A stretch of 64,000 nucleotides of DNA from an uncultured Anaerolineaceae bacterium (GCA_964623375.1 CAZUTS010000007.1:2799-66798), one strand, 5' to 3'; shown: positions 17,568-26,394, counted from the first letter of the stretch. The notes: generated by a model from the sequence alone, not told the origin. Program-made: numbers and translations.

Positions 17568-18203
17568 TTGCACGCACTTCTCTTTGCCAATGGAGAGCTT
17601 GAGCTGCCCGCCAGTGGCCTGCCCGCGGCAGACGTGCTTATTGCCGCGGATGGCGGCTCGCGCCACTGCCGCACCCTGGGCGTGTATCCGCATGTGCTCA
17701 TCGGCGATTTCGACTCGCTCGAGCCGCAGCTGCAAACTGAACTGAAAGCCCACGGCACGCAGCTGCACGCCCACCCCGTCCGCAAGAACGAGACAGACTT
17801 TGAGCTGGCGCTGCTTTACGCCATGCAGGTGGGCGCCACGCGCGCCAGCGTGGTGGGCGGGCTGGGGCGGCGCTGGGATCACAGCCTGGCCAACCTGCTG
17901 CTGGCCGCCGATGCGCGCTTTGCCAACTTGCCCATCACGTTTCTACATGGGCCACAGCAACTCTTCCCGATTCGTACTTCGGCGCACATCGATGCCCCGC
18001 TGGGCAGCCGCGTCTCGCTCATCCCCCTGGCAGAAGATGCTCGCGGCGTCACCACCCAGGGATTGGAATATCCGCTGAACGGGGAGCGCATCCCCTTCGG
18101 TAGCAGCCGCGGGGTCAGCAACGTGGTGTCTGCTGCCAACGCTAATGTTTCACTTCAAGGTGGGCTGTTGCTGTGTGTGCTCACGCCTGCTGACTATGAT
18201 TAG
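17568..18203 (+). CDS. thiN: Thiamine pyrophosphokinase
   Basis: TTG start 7 nt after AGGAGG (17555-17560). The product begins (M)HALLFANGE and carries the GDFDS motif (VLIGDFDSLEP). The track ORF start at 17412 would run through the riboswitch. Confidence 0.8.
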   Translation: MHALLFANGELELPASGLPAADVLIAADGGSRHCRTLGVYPHVLIGDFDSLEPQLQTELKAHGTQLHAHPVRKNETDFELALLYAMQVGATRASVVGGLGRRWDHSLANLLLAADARFANLPITFLHGPQQLFPIRTSAHIDAPLGSRVSLIPLAEDARGVTTQGLEYPLNGERIPFGSSRGVSNVVSAANANVSLQGGLLLCVLTPADYD

Positions 18204-18212
18204 GAGCCTGAT

Positions 18213-19253
18213 ATGTTTCGACATTTACTTTTAGTTGTATGTGCCGCCGCGTTGGCGGCGTGTGGCGCCGCTCCACAAGTTGAGGCACCGCGCACACTCA
18301 CCGTAATGACGCATGACTCTTTCGCTATCTCCGAAGAGGTGGTGACCGCCTTCGAGGCGCAGCAAAACGCCACGGTCACCTTCCTCAAGATGGGGGACAC
18401 GGGGTCAGCCACCAACGCGGCCGTATTGGCCGGCGAGCAGCCGCTGGCGGATGTGTTCTACGGCGTGGATAACACCTTCCTCAGCCGCGCTTTGGACGGC
18501 AACATTTTTGAGACTTATGAATCGCCCTTGCTGGCGCAGATCCCGGATGGCTTTGAGCTTGATGCGCAGCACCGCGCCCTGCCGGTTGATTTTGGCGATG
18601 TGTGCTTGAACTATGAGAAGGCCTATTTTGAAGAGGCGGGCATTGCACCTCCTACTAATCTTGAAGACCTGCTCAAGCCCGAATACAAAGATCTGCTGGC
18701 GGTGCAAAATCCGGCTACCTCTTCACCCGGTCTGGCGTTCCTATTGGCCACCATCGGCCGTTTTGGCGAGGATGGTTATCTGGACTACTGGCAGGGCTTG
18801 GTAGACAACGGCCTCAAAGTAGTCAACGATTGGGAAACGGCCTACTACTCTGAATTTAGTCAGTGGGGCGGCACGCGGCCTATCATCGTTTCGTATGCCT
18901 CGAGCCCGCCGGTGGAGCTGGTCTTCGCTGAGGAGCCGATGAGCGAGCCGCCGACGGCCGCCGTGGTGGGCGATGGCTCGTGCTTCCGCCAGATCGAATT
19001 TGTGGGCATCCTGCGCGGCACGCAGAACCGTGAGCTGGCTGAAGCCTGGGTCGATTTCATGCTTTCACCCACCTTCCAGGAGGATATGCCCATGCAGATG
19101 TTCGTATTCCCTGTCAATGAGAATGCCCGACTGCAGCCGGAATTCGTAGACTATCTTGAAGTGCCTGGCAAAACCTCTGTGGTTAGCCCTGAGGATATTG
19201 CCGCCCAGCGCGAAGAGTGGATCAACGCCTGGACGCAAAGCGTGCTGCGCTAA
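18213..19253 (+). CDS. thiB: Thiamine ABC transporter substrate-binding lipoprotein
   Basis: 346 aa. Lipobox LAAC. Recalled similarity along its length to E. coli TbpA, including the C-terminal AAQREEWINAWTQSVLR (E. coli AAQRQAWISEWQRAVSR). Confidence 0.85.
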   Translation: MFRHLLLVVCAAALAACGAAPQVEAPRTLTVMTHDSFAISEEVVTAFEAQQNATVTFLKMGDTGSATNAAVLAGEQPLADVFYGVDNTFLSRALDGNIFETYESPLLAQIPDGFELDAQHRALPVDFGDVCLNYEKAYFEEAGIAPPTNLEDLLKPEYKDLLAVQNPATSSPGLAFLLATIGRFGEDGYLDYWQGLVDNGLKVVNDWETAYYSEFSQWGGTRPIIVSYASSPPVELVFAEEPMSEPPTAAVVGDGSCFRQIEFVGILRGTQNRELAEAWVDFMLSPTFQEDMPMQMFVFPVNENARLQPEFVDYLEVPGKTSVVSPEDIAAQREEWINAWTQSVLR

Positions 19254-19263
19254 CGGAGATCGC

Positions 19264-20931
19264 GTGCGAAGAACTGCCTGGCTGGCCCTGCTTCCGCTGC
19301 TGTTCCTGGCGATGTTTTACTTCTACCCGCTGGGCAGCATCTTCGCACTCAGCTTTGAGGGCGGCTGGCTTGCGCCGCTCTCAAAGCTGCTCTCCGATAG
19401 CGGCATCCACCGCGTGGTGGGCTTCACCTTTTGGCAGGCGGCGCTGTCCACCACGCTGACGCTGGCCATCGGTTTGCCCGCCGCGCATCTGCTGGCACGC
19501 TACGAATTCCCCGGCAAACGCTTGCTACGCGTGGTCAGCAGTATCCCCTTCGTGTTGCCTACCCTGGTGGTGGCAGCCGCTTTCAATGCGGCGCTGGGGC
19601 CGCGCGGCTGGCTGAACCAGGCCTTGCTGGCGGCAGGTGAAACGCCGCTGGAGTTCATCAATACCTTCACCGCCATCCTGGTGGCGCATGTTTTCTACAA
19701 CACCACCATTGTGCTGCGCATGGTTGGCGATTTTTGGTCACGGCTCAGCCCGCGCATTGAGCAGGCAGCCAGCACGCTGGGCGCCAGTGGCTGGCGTGTG
19801 TTCACAACAGTGACGCTGCCCATGCTGGCCCCGGCGCTGGCGGCTGCGGCCTTGCTGGTGTTCATCTTCAACTTCACCTCGTTTGGTGTGGTGCTGGTGC
19901 TGGGCGGGCCGCAGTTCGCCACTATCGAAACAGAGATCTATTACCAGACCGTAGCCTTGTTCAACCTGCCCGCAGCCGCCCTGTTGGCTTTGCTGCAATT
20001 GCTGTGCACGCTGGCGCTCACGATTGTGTACACGCGCCTGTCGGTGCGCCTTTCGCTACCGGTGGAGCAGCGCGCCCCACGCCTGCGCCCATTGCGCACG
20101 CAACGCGCTGCCTGGTTGAGTGCACTCTTTCTGGCGGCGCTGGCGGTTTTCTTCATCGCTCCGCTAGGTGGCCTGGCGGCGCGTTCGGTAACGCGGCTGG
20201 AGACCGATCGTCGCCAGCAGGCGGGCCCACCCGGTTTCACGTTGGACTATTACCGCGCCCTGGGTGACGACCCGCGCAACAACATCTTCTTTGCCTCGCC
20301 GGCCCGCGCCATTCAGACCTCGCTGATCTATGCAGGCGCCACGGTGGCGCTGGCCTTGCTGACCGGCGTACCCGCTTCCTGGTTGCTGGCGCAGCAAGAG
20401 CGCACACGCTTGGCCCGTTGGCTTGATCCCTTGCTGATGCTGCCCTTGGGCACCTCGGCGCTCACGCTGGGGCTCGGCTTTATCGTGGCGCTGGATACGC
20501 CGCCGTTAGACCTGCGTGCCTCGCCGATCTTGGTGCCGCTGGCGCATACACTGGTGGCGCTGCCCTTTGTGGTGCGCAGTCTGGTGCCAGCCCTGCGCAG
20601 CATCCGCCCGCGCCTGCGCCAGGCAGCCGCCATGCTGGGCGCCACACCGCGCCAGGTGCTGTTGGCTATCGATGTGCCGCTGGTGGGGCGGGCGATCCTG
20701 GCGGCGGCGCTGTTCGCCTTCGCCATCTCGGTGGGTGAATTCGGCGCCACGGCGTTGATTGCCCGGCCGGAATATCCCACCATGCCGGTGCTCATCTATC
20801 GCTTGCTGGCGCAGCCCGGTGCACTAACCTATGGCCAGGCCATGGCACTGAGCACCTTGTTGATGCTATTCACCGGGGGCGGTATGCTGCTGATCGAACG
20901 TCTGCGCATTGCAGATGTAGGAGAGTTCTAG
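19264..20931 (+). CDS. thiP: Thiamine ABC transporter permease (duplicated MalFG-type domains)
   Basis: GTG start 5 nt after GGAG. Two tandem permease halves of about 12 TM in total. The track start at 19156 overlaps thiB. Confidence 0.85.
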   Translation: MRRTAWLALLPLLFLAMFYFYPLGSIFALSFEGGWLAPLSKLLSDSGIHRVVGFTFWQAALSTTLTLAIGLPAAHLLARYEFPGKRLLRVVSSIPFVLPTLVVAAAFNAALGPRGWLNQALLAAGETPLEFINTFTAILVAHVFYNTTIVLRMVGDFWSRLSPRIEQAASTLGASGWRVFTTVTLPMLAPALAAAALLVFIFNFTSFGVVLVLGGPQFATIETEIYYQTVALFNLPAAALLALLQLLCTLALTIVYTRLSVRLSLPVEQRAPRLRPLRTQRAAWLSALFLAALAVFFIAPLGGLAARSVTRLETDRRQQAGPPGFTLDYYRALGDDPRNNIFFASPARAIQTSLIYAGATVALALLTGVPASWLLAQQERTRLARWLDPLLMLPLGTSALTLGLGFIVALDTPPLDLRASPILVPLAHTLVALPFVVRSLVPALRSIRPRLRQAAAMLGATPRQVLLAIDVPLVGRAILAAALFAFAISVGEFGATALIARPEYPTMPVLIYRLLAQPGALTYGQAMALSTLLMLFTGGGMLLIERLRIADVGEF

Positions 20932-21956
20932 TGCTCGAGCTGCGCAACATCACCAAGCAATATGACGGCAAGCCCGTGCTGGCAGGCGTTTCGTTGCAGG
21001 TGCCGCAAGGTGAGGTGTTGGCGCTGCTCGGCCCCAGTGGCAGCGGCAAGTCCACGCTGCTCGCCATCGTGGCCGGGCTGGAACAGCCCGATAGCGGCCA
21101 GGTGCTATGGCATGGCGAGGATGTTAGCGCTGTGCCGCCGCATCAACGCGGCTTTGGGTTGATGTTTCAAGACTATGCGCTCTTCCCCCATCGGGATGTC
21201 TTCGGCAACGTAGCCTTTGGCCTGCAGATGGCGGGTCAAAGTACAGAGGCAACCGCCGCCAGTGTGCAGGCTGCACTGGCCCTGGTGGGCTTGCAGGGTT
21301 TTGAGCGCCGCGATGTAAACAGCCTCTCCGGCGGTGAGCAGCAGCGCGTAGCGTTGGCGCGCGCCTTGGCGCCCGAGCCGCAGCTGCTCATGCTTGATGA
21401 GCCGCTGGGCTCGCTCGACCGTGCGCTGCGCACGCATTTGGTGAGCCAGCTCGCCAGCATCCTGCGCCAACAGCAGCTCACCAGTTTATATGTCACGCAT
21501 GATCAGGAAGAGGCCTATGCCATCGCCGACCGCGTGGCGATTCTGAATGCCGGGCAGTTGGCCCAGATCGGCACGCCTGAGCAGCTGTACCGAAAGCCCG
21601 CTACGGTATTCGTGGCGCGCTTTCTGGGCATGCAAAACATCTTCCCCGCTCGGCTGGAGGCTGGCAAGCTGATGACGCCGATAGGCGAGTTGCCAGCGCC
21701 GCCGGCGCGGCTGCGCGGTGCACACGTTCTTCTGCGCCCCGATGCGGTGCGCATTGGCGCCCAAGGGCCACAGGTGCTGTCAGGCGTGTTACTCAGCAAG
21801 CAATTCCGCGGCAGCCAGTGGCAGCTTGAACTCAGCGTGCAGGATACACAAATTCAAATAGAATTGCCCAGCGATGTAGCGTTGCCTGCACTGGGCGCTA
21901 CCCTGCAACTCAGTTTTGACCCCGCCCAGGCGATACAGATACTCTCCAATGAATGA
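20931..21956 (+). CDS. thiQ: Thiamine/Fe3+-type ABC transporter ATP-binding protein
   Basis: 341 aa. Walker A GPSGSGKST, signature LSGGEQQR, Walker B LLMLDEPL, C-terminal TOBE-like domain. GTG overlaps the thiP stop. Confidence 0.85.
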   Translation: MLELRNITKQYDGKPVLAGVSLQVPQGEVLALLGPSGSGKSTLLAIVAGLEQPDSGQVLWHGEDVSAVPPHQRGFGLMFQDYALFPHRDVFGNVAFGLQMAGQSTEATAASVQAALALVGLQGFERRDVNSLSGGEQQRVALARALAPEPQLLMLDEPLGSLDRALRTHLVSQLASILRQQQLTSLYVTHDQEEAYAIADRVAILNAGQLAQIGTPEQLYRKPATVFVARFLGMQNIFPARLEAGKLMTPIGELPAPPARLRGAHVLLRPDAVRIGAQGPQVLSGVLLSKQFRGSQWQLELSVQDTQIQIELPSDVALPALGATLQLSFDPAQAIQILSNE

Positions 21957-22404
21957 AATCACCGTCCTCAAACAAAATCCCGCTGGCGAACTGATGTATC
22001 AATGGCAAGGCCAGCTTGTACATCAACAGGGTCATGAAACTCTCGTGCAAGCTCTTTTTAATGCAGACAGCGGCATGGTGGAGGAGATTCCTTTGAAAAA
22101 AGGGGATCAGTTCCTGGAGACCTACTACGACGACCGTTGGTTCAATGTCTTCGAAATTCGCGATAAGGATGATGGCCGCCTCAAGGGCTGGTACTGCAAT
22201 GTGTGCGCTCCAGCGGTAATTTCCACGGGGCAGATCATCTTCCGCGATTTTGCGCTCGATCTATTGGTCTATCCGGATGGGCGCCAAGTAGTCCTGGATG
22301 AAGATGAGTTCGAAGCGCTGTACTGCAGTCCTGAAGAGCGCAGCTTGGCGCTAAGCGGCCTGGCTCAGGTGCAGAGCTATTTTAGAGATAAGTTTGCAGA
22401 ATAA
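21949..22404 (+). CDS. DUF402 domain protein (Ntdp/FomD-like nucleoside di/triphosphatase fold)
   Basis: ATG at 21949 overlaps the thiQ end by 8 nt. The segment WFNVFEIRDKDDGRLKGWYCNVCAP...DLLVYPDG is typical of DUF402. Confidence 0.7.
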   Translation: MNEITVLKQNPAGELMYQWQGQLVHQQGHETLVQALFNADSGMVEEIPLKKGDQFLETYYDDRWFNVFEIRDKDDGRLKGWYCNVCAPAVISTGQIIFRDFALDLLVYPDGRQVVLDEDEFEALYCSPEERSLALSGLAQVQSYFRDKFAE

Positions 22405-22434
22405 AAAAACGCCAGCACATGCTGGCGTTTTTTG
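22403..22434. terminator. Bidirectional intrinsic terminator
   Basis: A7 run, ACGCCAGC-acat-GCTGGCGT, T5 run. Lies between convergent genes. Confidence 0.75.
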
Positions 22435-22452
22435 TTTTTGAATACTCTGCAA

Positions 22453-22932
22453 CTATTGCAGCTGGCGCAGAAGCTCCATGGCGGAGTCGCCATAGGTCCA
22501 AGCCATAAACACGCTGACGATACAGCATAGCAGCAGAAGTACGATGCCTGCAATTACCAGGCAGGACATGCGGCTACCACCACTGCGACCGATCTCGTTG
22601 GTGGGCTGAACGCCAGCTTGCGCGCCACCCAAGCCGCGGCGGGAAGCGCCAGCGGATCCGCGGCTGGGCAGGCCCGTGCCAGCGGGGCTGCCGCTGCTGC
22701 GCGGGGCGGCACCGGCTGCACCGGAACCACGGCTGGGCAGGCCCGTGCGGCGCGACGATGCACCGGCAGAGCCAGAGCCGCGCTTAGGCAGCCCGGTGCT
22801 GCGCGAACCGCTGCCCGAACTGCCGCTGGAGCCACGGCCGCTGCGGCTGGCACCGCCGCTGGTGGGGCGGGAAGAAGAGCTGGAGCGGCCGGATTTGCCA
22901 CGGCCACCGCCGGAAGAACCTCGAAGTGTCAT
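22453..22932 (-). CDS. Arg/Ser/Gly-rich low-complexity protein with a single C-terminal TM helix (tail-anchored)
   Basis: 159 aa. GAGGAAAG lies upstream of the ATG. Three TGLP[KS]RGS[GA] repeats and the C-terminal helix CLVIAGIVLLLLCCIVSVFMAW. 16 nt downstream of the DUF4126 gene. The other frames here are Ala/Pro-rich shadows. Confidence 0.6.
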   Translation of the reverse strand: MTLRGSSGGGRGKSGRSSSSSRPTSGGASRSGRGSSGSSGSGSRSTGLPKRGSGSAGASSRRTGLPSRGSGAAGAAPRSSGSPAGTGLPSRGSAGASRRGLGGAQAGVQPTNEIGRSGGSRMSCLVIAGIVLLLLCCIVSVFMAWTYGDSAMELLRQLQ

Positions 22933-22948
22933 GATTGCTTTCCTCTAC

Positions 22949-23527
22949 CTAATTAGTTTGTTGTGCTACGTTGCGATTGGCACGGCGCCAAAGCAGCCAG
23001 ATCACCAAGGCCAGCAGCGGGATGAACACTATACCAATGATGAGGGGGATAAGCACAGCAAAAACAGAGATTGTTATTGCAGCAACATCCTCCACCAGAC
23101 CCACCGCCACGTTGGCCGTGCCGCCACTTACGCCGGTCACCGCCGGGCGCATGACGCCCGCCTTGGCCACATGTACCGTGCCTGCGATCAGCAGGCCGGC
23201 GGCCAGCGCCACTACCGGGTTGATGCCGTCAATCACCTGAGTGCTGGCAGCGAAGGCAATTGCCCCCGCCGCCGGGCGTACAAAGGTTTGAATGGCATCA
23301 TTCAAGTGGTTGACCAGGGGGGTCTTGTCTGCAAAGAACTCAATTGCAGAGAGGGCTACCAAAAGCCCGATGATCCAGCCGTTGGTCAGCGTATCCCATG
23401 GGGAGTTCAACTCAATCAATGAGGTGTAACGCCCCAGCAGGGAGACGACCAACAGCGGGATGTAGGCGTTCAATCCCGCGCTAGCCGAAAGGCCAAAAGC
23501 AGAAAAGATACCGCTCAATACGTCCAT
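22949..23527 (-). CDS. DUF4126 family membrane protein
   Basis: 192 aa, polytopic. The N-terminus MDVLSGIFSAFGLSASAGLNAYIPLLVVSLLGRY is characteristic of DUF4126. Confidence 0.75.
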   Translation of the reverse strand: MDVLSGIFSAFGLSASAGLNAYIPLLVVSLLGRYTSLIELNSPWDTLTNGWIIGLLVALSAIEFFADKTPLVNHLNDAIQTFVRPAAGAIAFAASTQVIDGINPVVALAAGLLIAGTVHVAKAGVMRPAVTGVSGGTANVAVGLVEDVAAITISVFAVLIPLIIGIVFIPLLALVIWLLWRRANRNVAQQTN

Positions 23528-23615
23528 TGTCTTTTTGTTCTCTCCTTAGTGCACAGATGTGTGCAATTAACTACGATTTTAGCATTCTACGGTTTTGCAG
23601 CTTTGTTAATCATTT

Positions 23616-23675
23616 ATCAAAAAGGATGATGAGAATCACCAGCGGCTGGGGGAGTGCCACGGTGATCCTCATCAT
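23616..23675 (-). terminator. Long hairpin downstream of surE, probable terminator
   Basis: Arms ATGATGAGAATCACC (23626-23640) and GGTGATCCTCATCAT (23661-23675) with a 20-nt loop. On the minus strand it is followed by CCTTTTTG. Confidence 0.5.
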
Positions 23676-23755
23676 GAGATTGACCCAATAATCAACTGCT
23701 CTTAGCTAACGAGAATTAGCCGCGAATACTACGCTGCTTTTGACAACATTCCGCC

Positions 23756-24526
23756 TCACCACTGCCAGGTGGAAAGCTCTGGCAGTAGGCTATAGGCCGT
23801 CATATCCATCTGCAATGGAGTCAACGATACATACCCAGCCTGCAGTGCGCCTACCTCGGTACCCTCTTCGGGCTGGCCGGTGGGCGCCTCACCGCCGATC
23901 CAGTAGTATGGATTGTGCTGCGGGTCTACGCGGCGCACCAGTGCATCACGATATACGCGTAGCCCTAAACGGGTAACCTGCATACCCTTGATCTCGCCGA
24001 TGGGCAAATAGGGAATATTGACGTTCAGCAGCGTGTGGCGCGGCAAGCCGCCCGCGGCCACGCGGGTGGCCACCCGGCGGCAGATCTCGGTGGCGGCGCT
24101 GAAATCGCGCTGGCTGTTGAGTCCGATCGGCGAGTCGAGCGAGAAGGCAATACCGGGCAAACCGCCGATAGCAGCCTCCATGGCAGCGGTCACCGTGCCG
24201 GAATAGGTGACATCATCCCCTATGTTGGCGTAGGGATTGATACCTGAAACCACCAAGTCAAACTCGTGGTCAAAGTAGCCCAGCAAGGCCAGCGCAATAC
24301 AGTCTGAGGGTGCACCATCGCTCATATGGGCAGGTGTGCCATCGGGCAGCTCGCTAGGGCGCACGCGCAACGGGCGGTGCAGGGTCTTCACGTGCCCAGA
24401 GGCGCTCCAGTTGCGGTCAGGCGCCAGTATGGTCACTTCTCCAAGGGGTTTTACGGCATTCACCAGGGCCAGGAGCCCGGGGTGGGTAATGCCGTCATCA
24501 TTGGTTACGAGTATCTTCATCGCCAT
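23756..24526 (-). CDS. surE: 5'/3'-nucleotidase SurE
   Basis: 256 aa. KILVTNDDGI N-terminal motif and GINPYANIGDDVTYSGTV. Confidence 0.9.
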   Translation of the reverse strand: MAMKILVTNDDGITHPGLLALVNAVKPLGEVTILAPDRNWSASGHVKTLHRPLRVRPSELPDGTPAHMSDGAPSDCIALALLGYFDHEFDLVVSGINPYANIGDDVTYSGTVTAAMEAAIGGLPGIAFSLDSPIGLNSQRDFSAATEICRRVATRVAAGGLPRHTLLNVNIPYLPIGEIKGMQVTRLGLRVYRDALVRRVDPQHNPYYWIGGEAPTGQPEEGTEVGALQAGYVSLTPLQMDMTAYSLLPELSTWQW

Positions 24527-24652
24527 AGCTGGGTTAATCCCTATAGTGTGTGATAATTGCCTTTGCGGTAGTATTATCGCACGCGCCGTGCCAAGGGAGC
24601 GCCAAGCACTACGCTCCTAGGTGCAATATCCCTCATTGTAGAGGTCTGAAAG

Positions 24653-26146
24653 ATGGAAATTCCCCAAGAAGCCCTAAAAGTGGCCAACCCCGTACACTCA
24701 TGGTTGCGCCAGATCGAAGTCACCTTTGTTCCGGGTGACGTGCCGGTCTCTTCGGCTATTGAAGAGCTGGCGGATGGCCTGCTGGACAAGTTCAAGCAGC
24801 TCGGCCACAACGTGGTGGATACCCCCACAGATAACACTGATGTGATCCTGACCACCGCCAAATACGGTGAACCCATTCCTTGGCGCAAGGCCTTCATGTT
24901 CATGGCCCGCCGCCAGTTTGGACTCAAAGAATCCCCCGTCATTTACACCATGATCCATATGACGGAGCAGGAATTCAAAGAGAAGATCGATCACTTCACT
25001 GCGGCCCTGGCCAAGCAGCCGCTGGACCCCAAAGACTTTGAATTTGAAGGTCTCTCCCCCGAGTCTCCGCGCGTACTGATGGAGCAGGGGCTGCGTGGTG
25101 GCCCGATCATGTCGTTGCTGCGCTTGCTGCAAGCCCAGGCCAAGAGCATCCGCGTGCTGCTCACCGTAGGTGACGAGCATCCCGAGCGCGTCTATCACTT
25201 TGACCTGGTAGGCGCTTTCCCCGCCTCGGTTAACAGCAGCGCTGAGGCCTTTTATACCGATATCGCCCTGCGCATGGTGACCACCGAGAGCACCCATGAG
25301 ATCACCAACCACCAGGTGCTGGAGCCCATGGTGACTGCCGAAGAGTGGCAGGCCATGAGCACCCCGGAGGCCATGCGCCGCGCCGGCCAGGAGCTGGGCA
25401 AGCGCAACTTCTTCACCGAGATGGTGCGCATCGAAGACCTGGTCGCCGTTCCGGCGGTCAACGACTCGATTGCCAGCCAGTACAGCGAAGGCTGCTTTGG
25501 CACCTGGGATCCCAAGGTGCAGGGGCTGGTAGCCACCATCACCGGCAGCGCCCGCCCGGTGGACAAAGGCAACATCACCGATGATGATCTGGCATTGATC
25601 GTGGGCGTGCGCCCGGACGGCGCCGGTGCACAGGTGCGCCATGTGGGCGGCAAGCGCAATGACAAGCCGTCTTCTGAAGCAGTGGAGATGATGGATCTGG
25701 ATGGCCCGCTGCCGTGGATCGAGATCCAGAGCGGCGAGATCAAGGCTGAGGTGCCAGTAGCACGTTCCAAGCTGCACGGCCACCGCGGCGTAAAGGCCTT
25801 CAATCCTGATCTAGTGGAATATGTTCCGCTCGACGCGCCGTATTATCACTACCTGGTGTCCTGCGCTACGGAAGCACAGGCCAAGGGCATCAAGGGCGCC
25901 TTCAGCCGCTCCGAGATTTTGCTCAACCCTAGTGACCCGCGCAAGATCGCCTTCACGGTGCTGCCCGGCCACGGCCTGGTGATGATTGAGAAGTGGGAAG
26001 AGGGCAAGCTGCCCTTCCAGCTCTTCTGGGATGCGATGGACAGCGGAGACCTGGAAATTGACCCGCATGTGCCGCAGGGCAAGATGAGCTACGAGCCCGG
26101 TCCGGATGGCCGCTTGCACCTCAATGAAGAAAAAGTGCCGATGTAG
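24653..26146 (+). CDS. Hypothetical protein, no family recognised
   Basis: 497-aa ORF with balanced, non-repetitive composition. GAGG lies about 10 nt upstream and a strong terminator follows. The antisense 361-aa ORF is Arg/Gly/His-rich shadow. Confidence 0.75.
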   Translation: MEIPQEALKVANPVHSWLRQIEVTFVPGDVPVSSAIEELADGLLDKFKQLGHNVVDTPTDNTDVILTTAKYGEPIPWRKAFMFMARRQFGLKESPVIYTMIHMTEQEFKEKIDHFTAALAKQPLDPKDFEFEGLSPESPRVLMEQGLRGGPIMSLLRLLQAQAKSIRVLLTVGDEHPERVYHFDLVGAFPASVNSSAEAFYTDIALRMVTTESTHEITNHQVLEPMVTAEEWQAMSTPEAMRRAGQELGKRNFFTEMVRIEDLVAVPAVNDSIASQYSEGCFGTWDPKVQGLVATITGSARPVDKGNITDDDLALIVGVRPDGAGAQVRHVGGKRNDKPSSEAVEMMDLDGPLPWIEIQSGEIKAEVPVARSKLHGHRGVKAFNPDLVEYVPLDAPYYHYLVSCATEAQAKGIKGAFSRSEILLNPSDPRKIAFTVLPGHGLVMIEKWEEGKLPFQLFWDAMDSGDLEIDPHVPQGKMSYEPGPDGRLHLNEEKVPM

Positions 26147-26163
26147 GCACGAGCCTGATAAAT

Positions 26164-26192
26164 AAAAGCCCCGCCAACGGCGGGGCTTTTTT
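26164..26192 (+). terminator. Intrinsic terminator
   Basis: GCCCCGCC-aac-GGCGGGGC followed by T6. Confidence 0.75.
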
Positions 26193-26273
26193 GTTGTGAA
26201 GAAAGGAGTGGCTTGGGGGTTGCTACATCGTTCAGCGGTGTGCCGCTTCACGTTCTCGCAATGACAACTTAAA

Positions 26274-26394
26274 CTGTCATTCCGAGCGCAGCGAGGAATC
26301 CGTACTGCGTTATTTTTGCGCAACAAAGATGAGATAACTGAAACATGCTTCTAACGGATTCCTCCTCGGCCTATGGCCTCGTTCGGAATGACAG
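26274..26394. repeat. Inverted pair of GTCATTCCGA...GAGGAATCCGT repeat units
   Basis: Unit A at 26274-26303 is CTGTCATTCCGAGCGCAGCGAGGAATCCGT. Unit B at 26354-26394 is, reverse-complemented, CTGTCATTCCGAACGAGGCCATAGGCCGAGGAGGAATCCGT. I recall this motif class as a widespread intergenic repeat that produces spurious '..RNDS..' peptides. Confidence 0.6.

Noticed and set aside
22554-23422. Three alternative ORFs (117 aa on minus; 112 aa and 248 aa on plus) overlapping the RS-rich gene and DUF4126
   Set aside because: Ala/Pro/Arg-rich shadow frames without SD. The 248-aa ORF is antisense to a well-supported DUF4126 membrane protein.
25811-26326. 171-aa minus-strand ORF spanning the end of the orphan gene, its terminator and the repeat unit
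   Set aside because: It reads through a terminator hairpin and a repeat element (peptide IPRCARNDSLSCHCEN is just the translated repeat). No start context.
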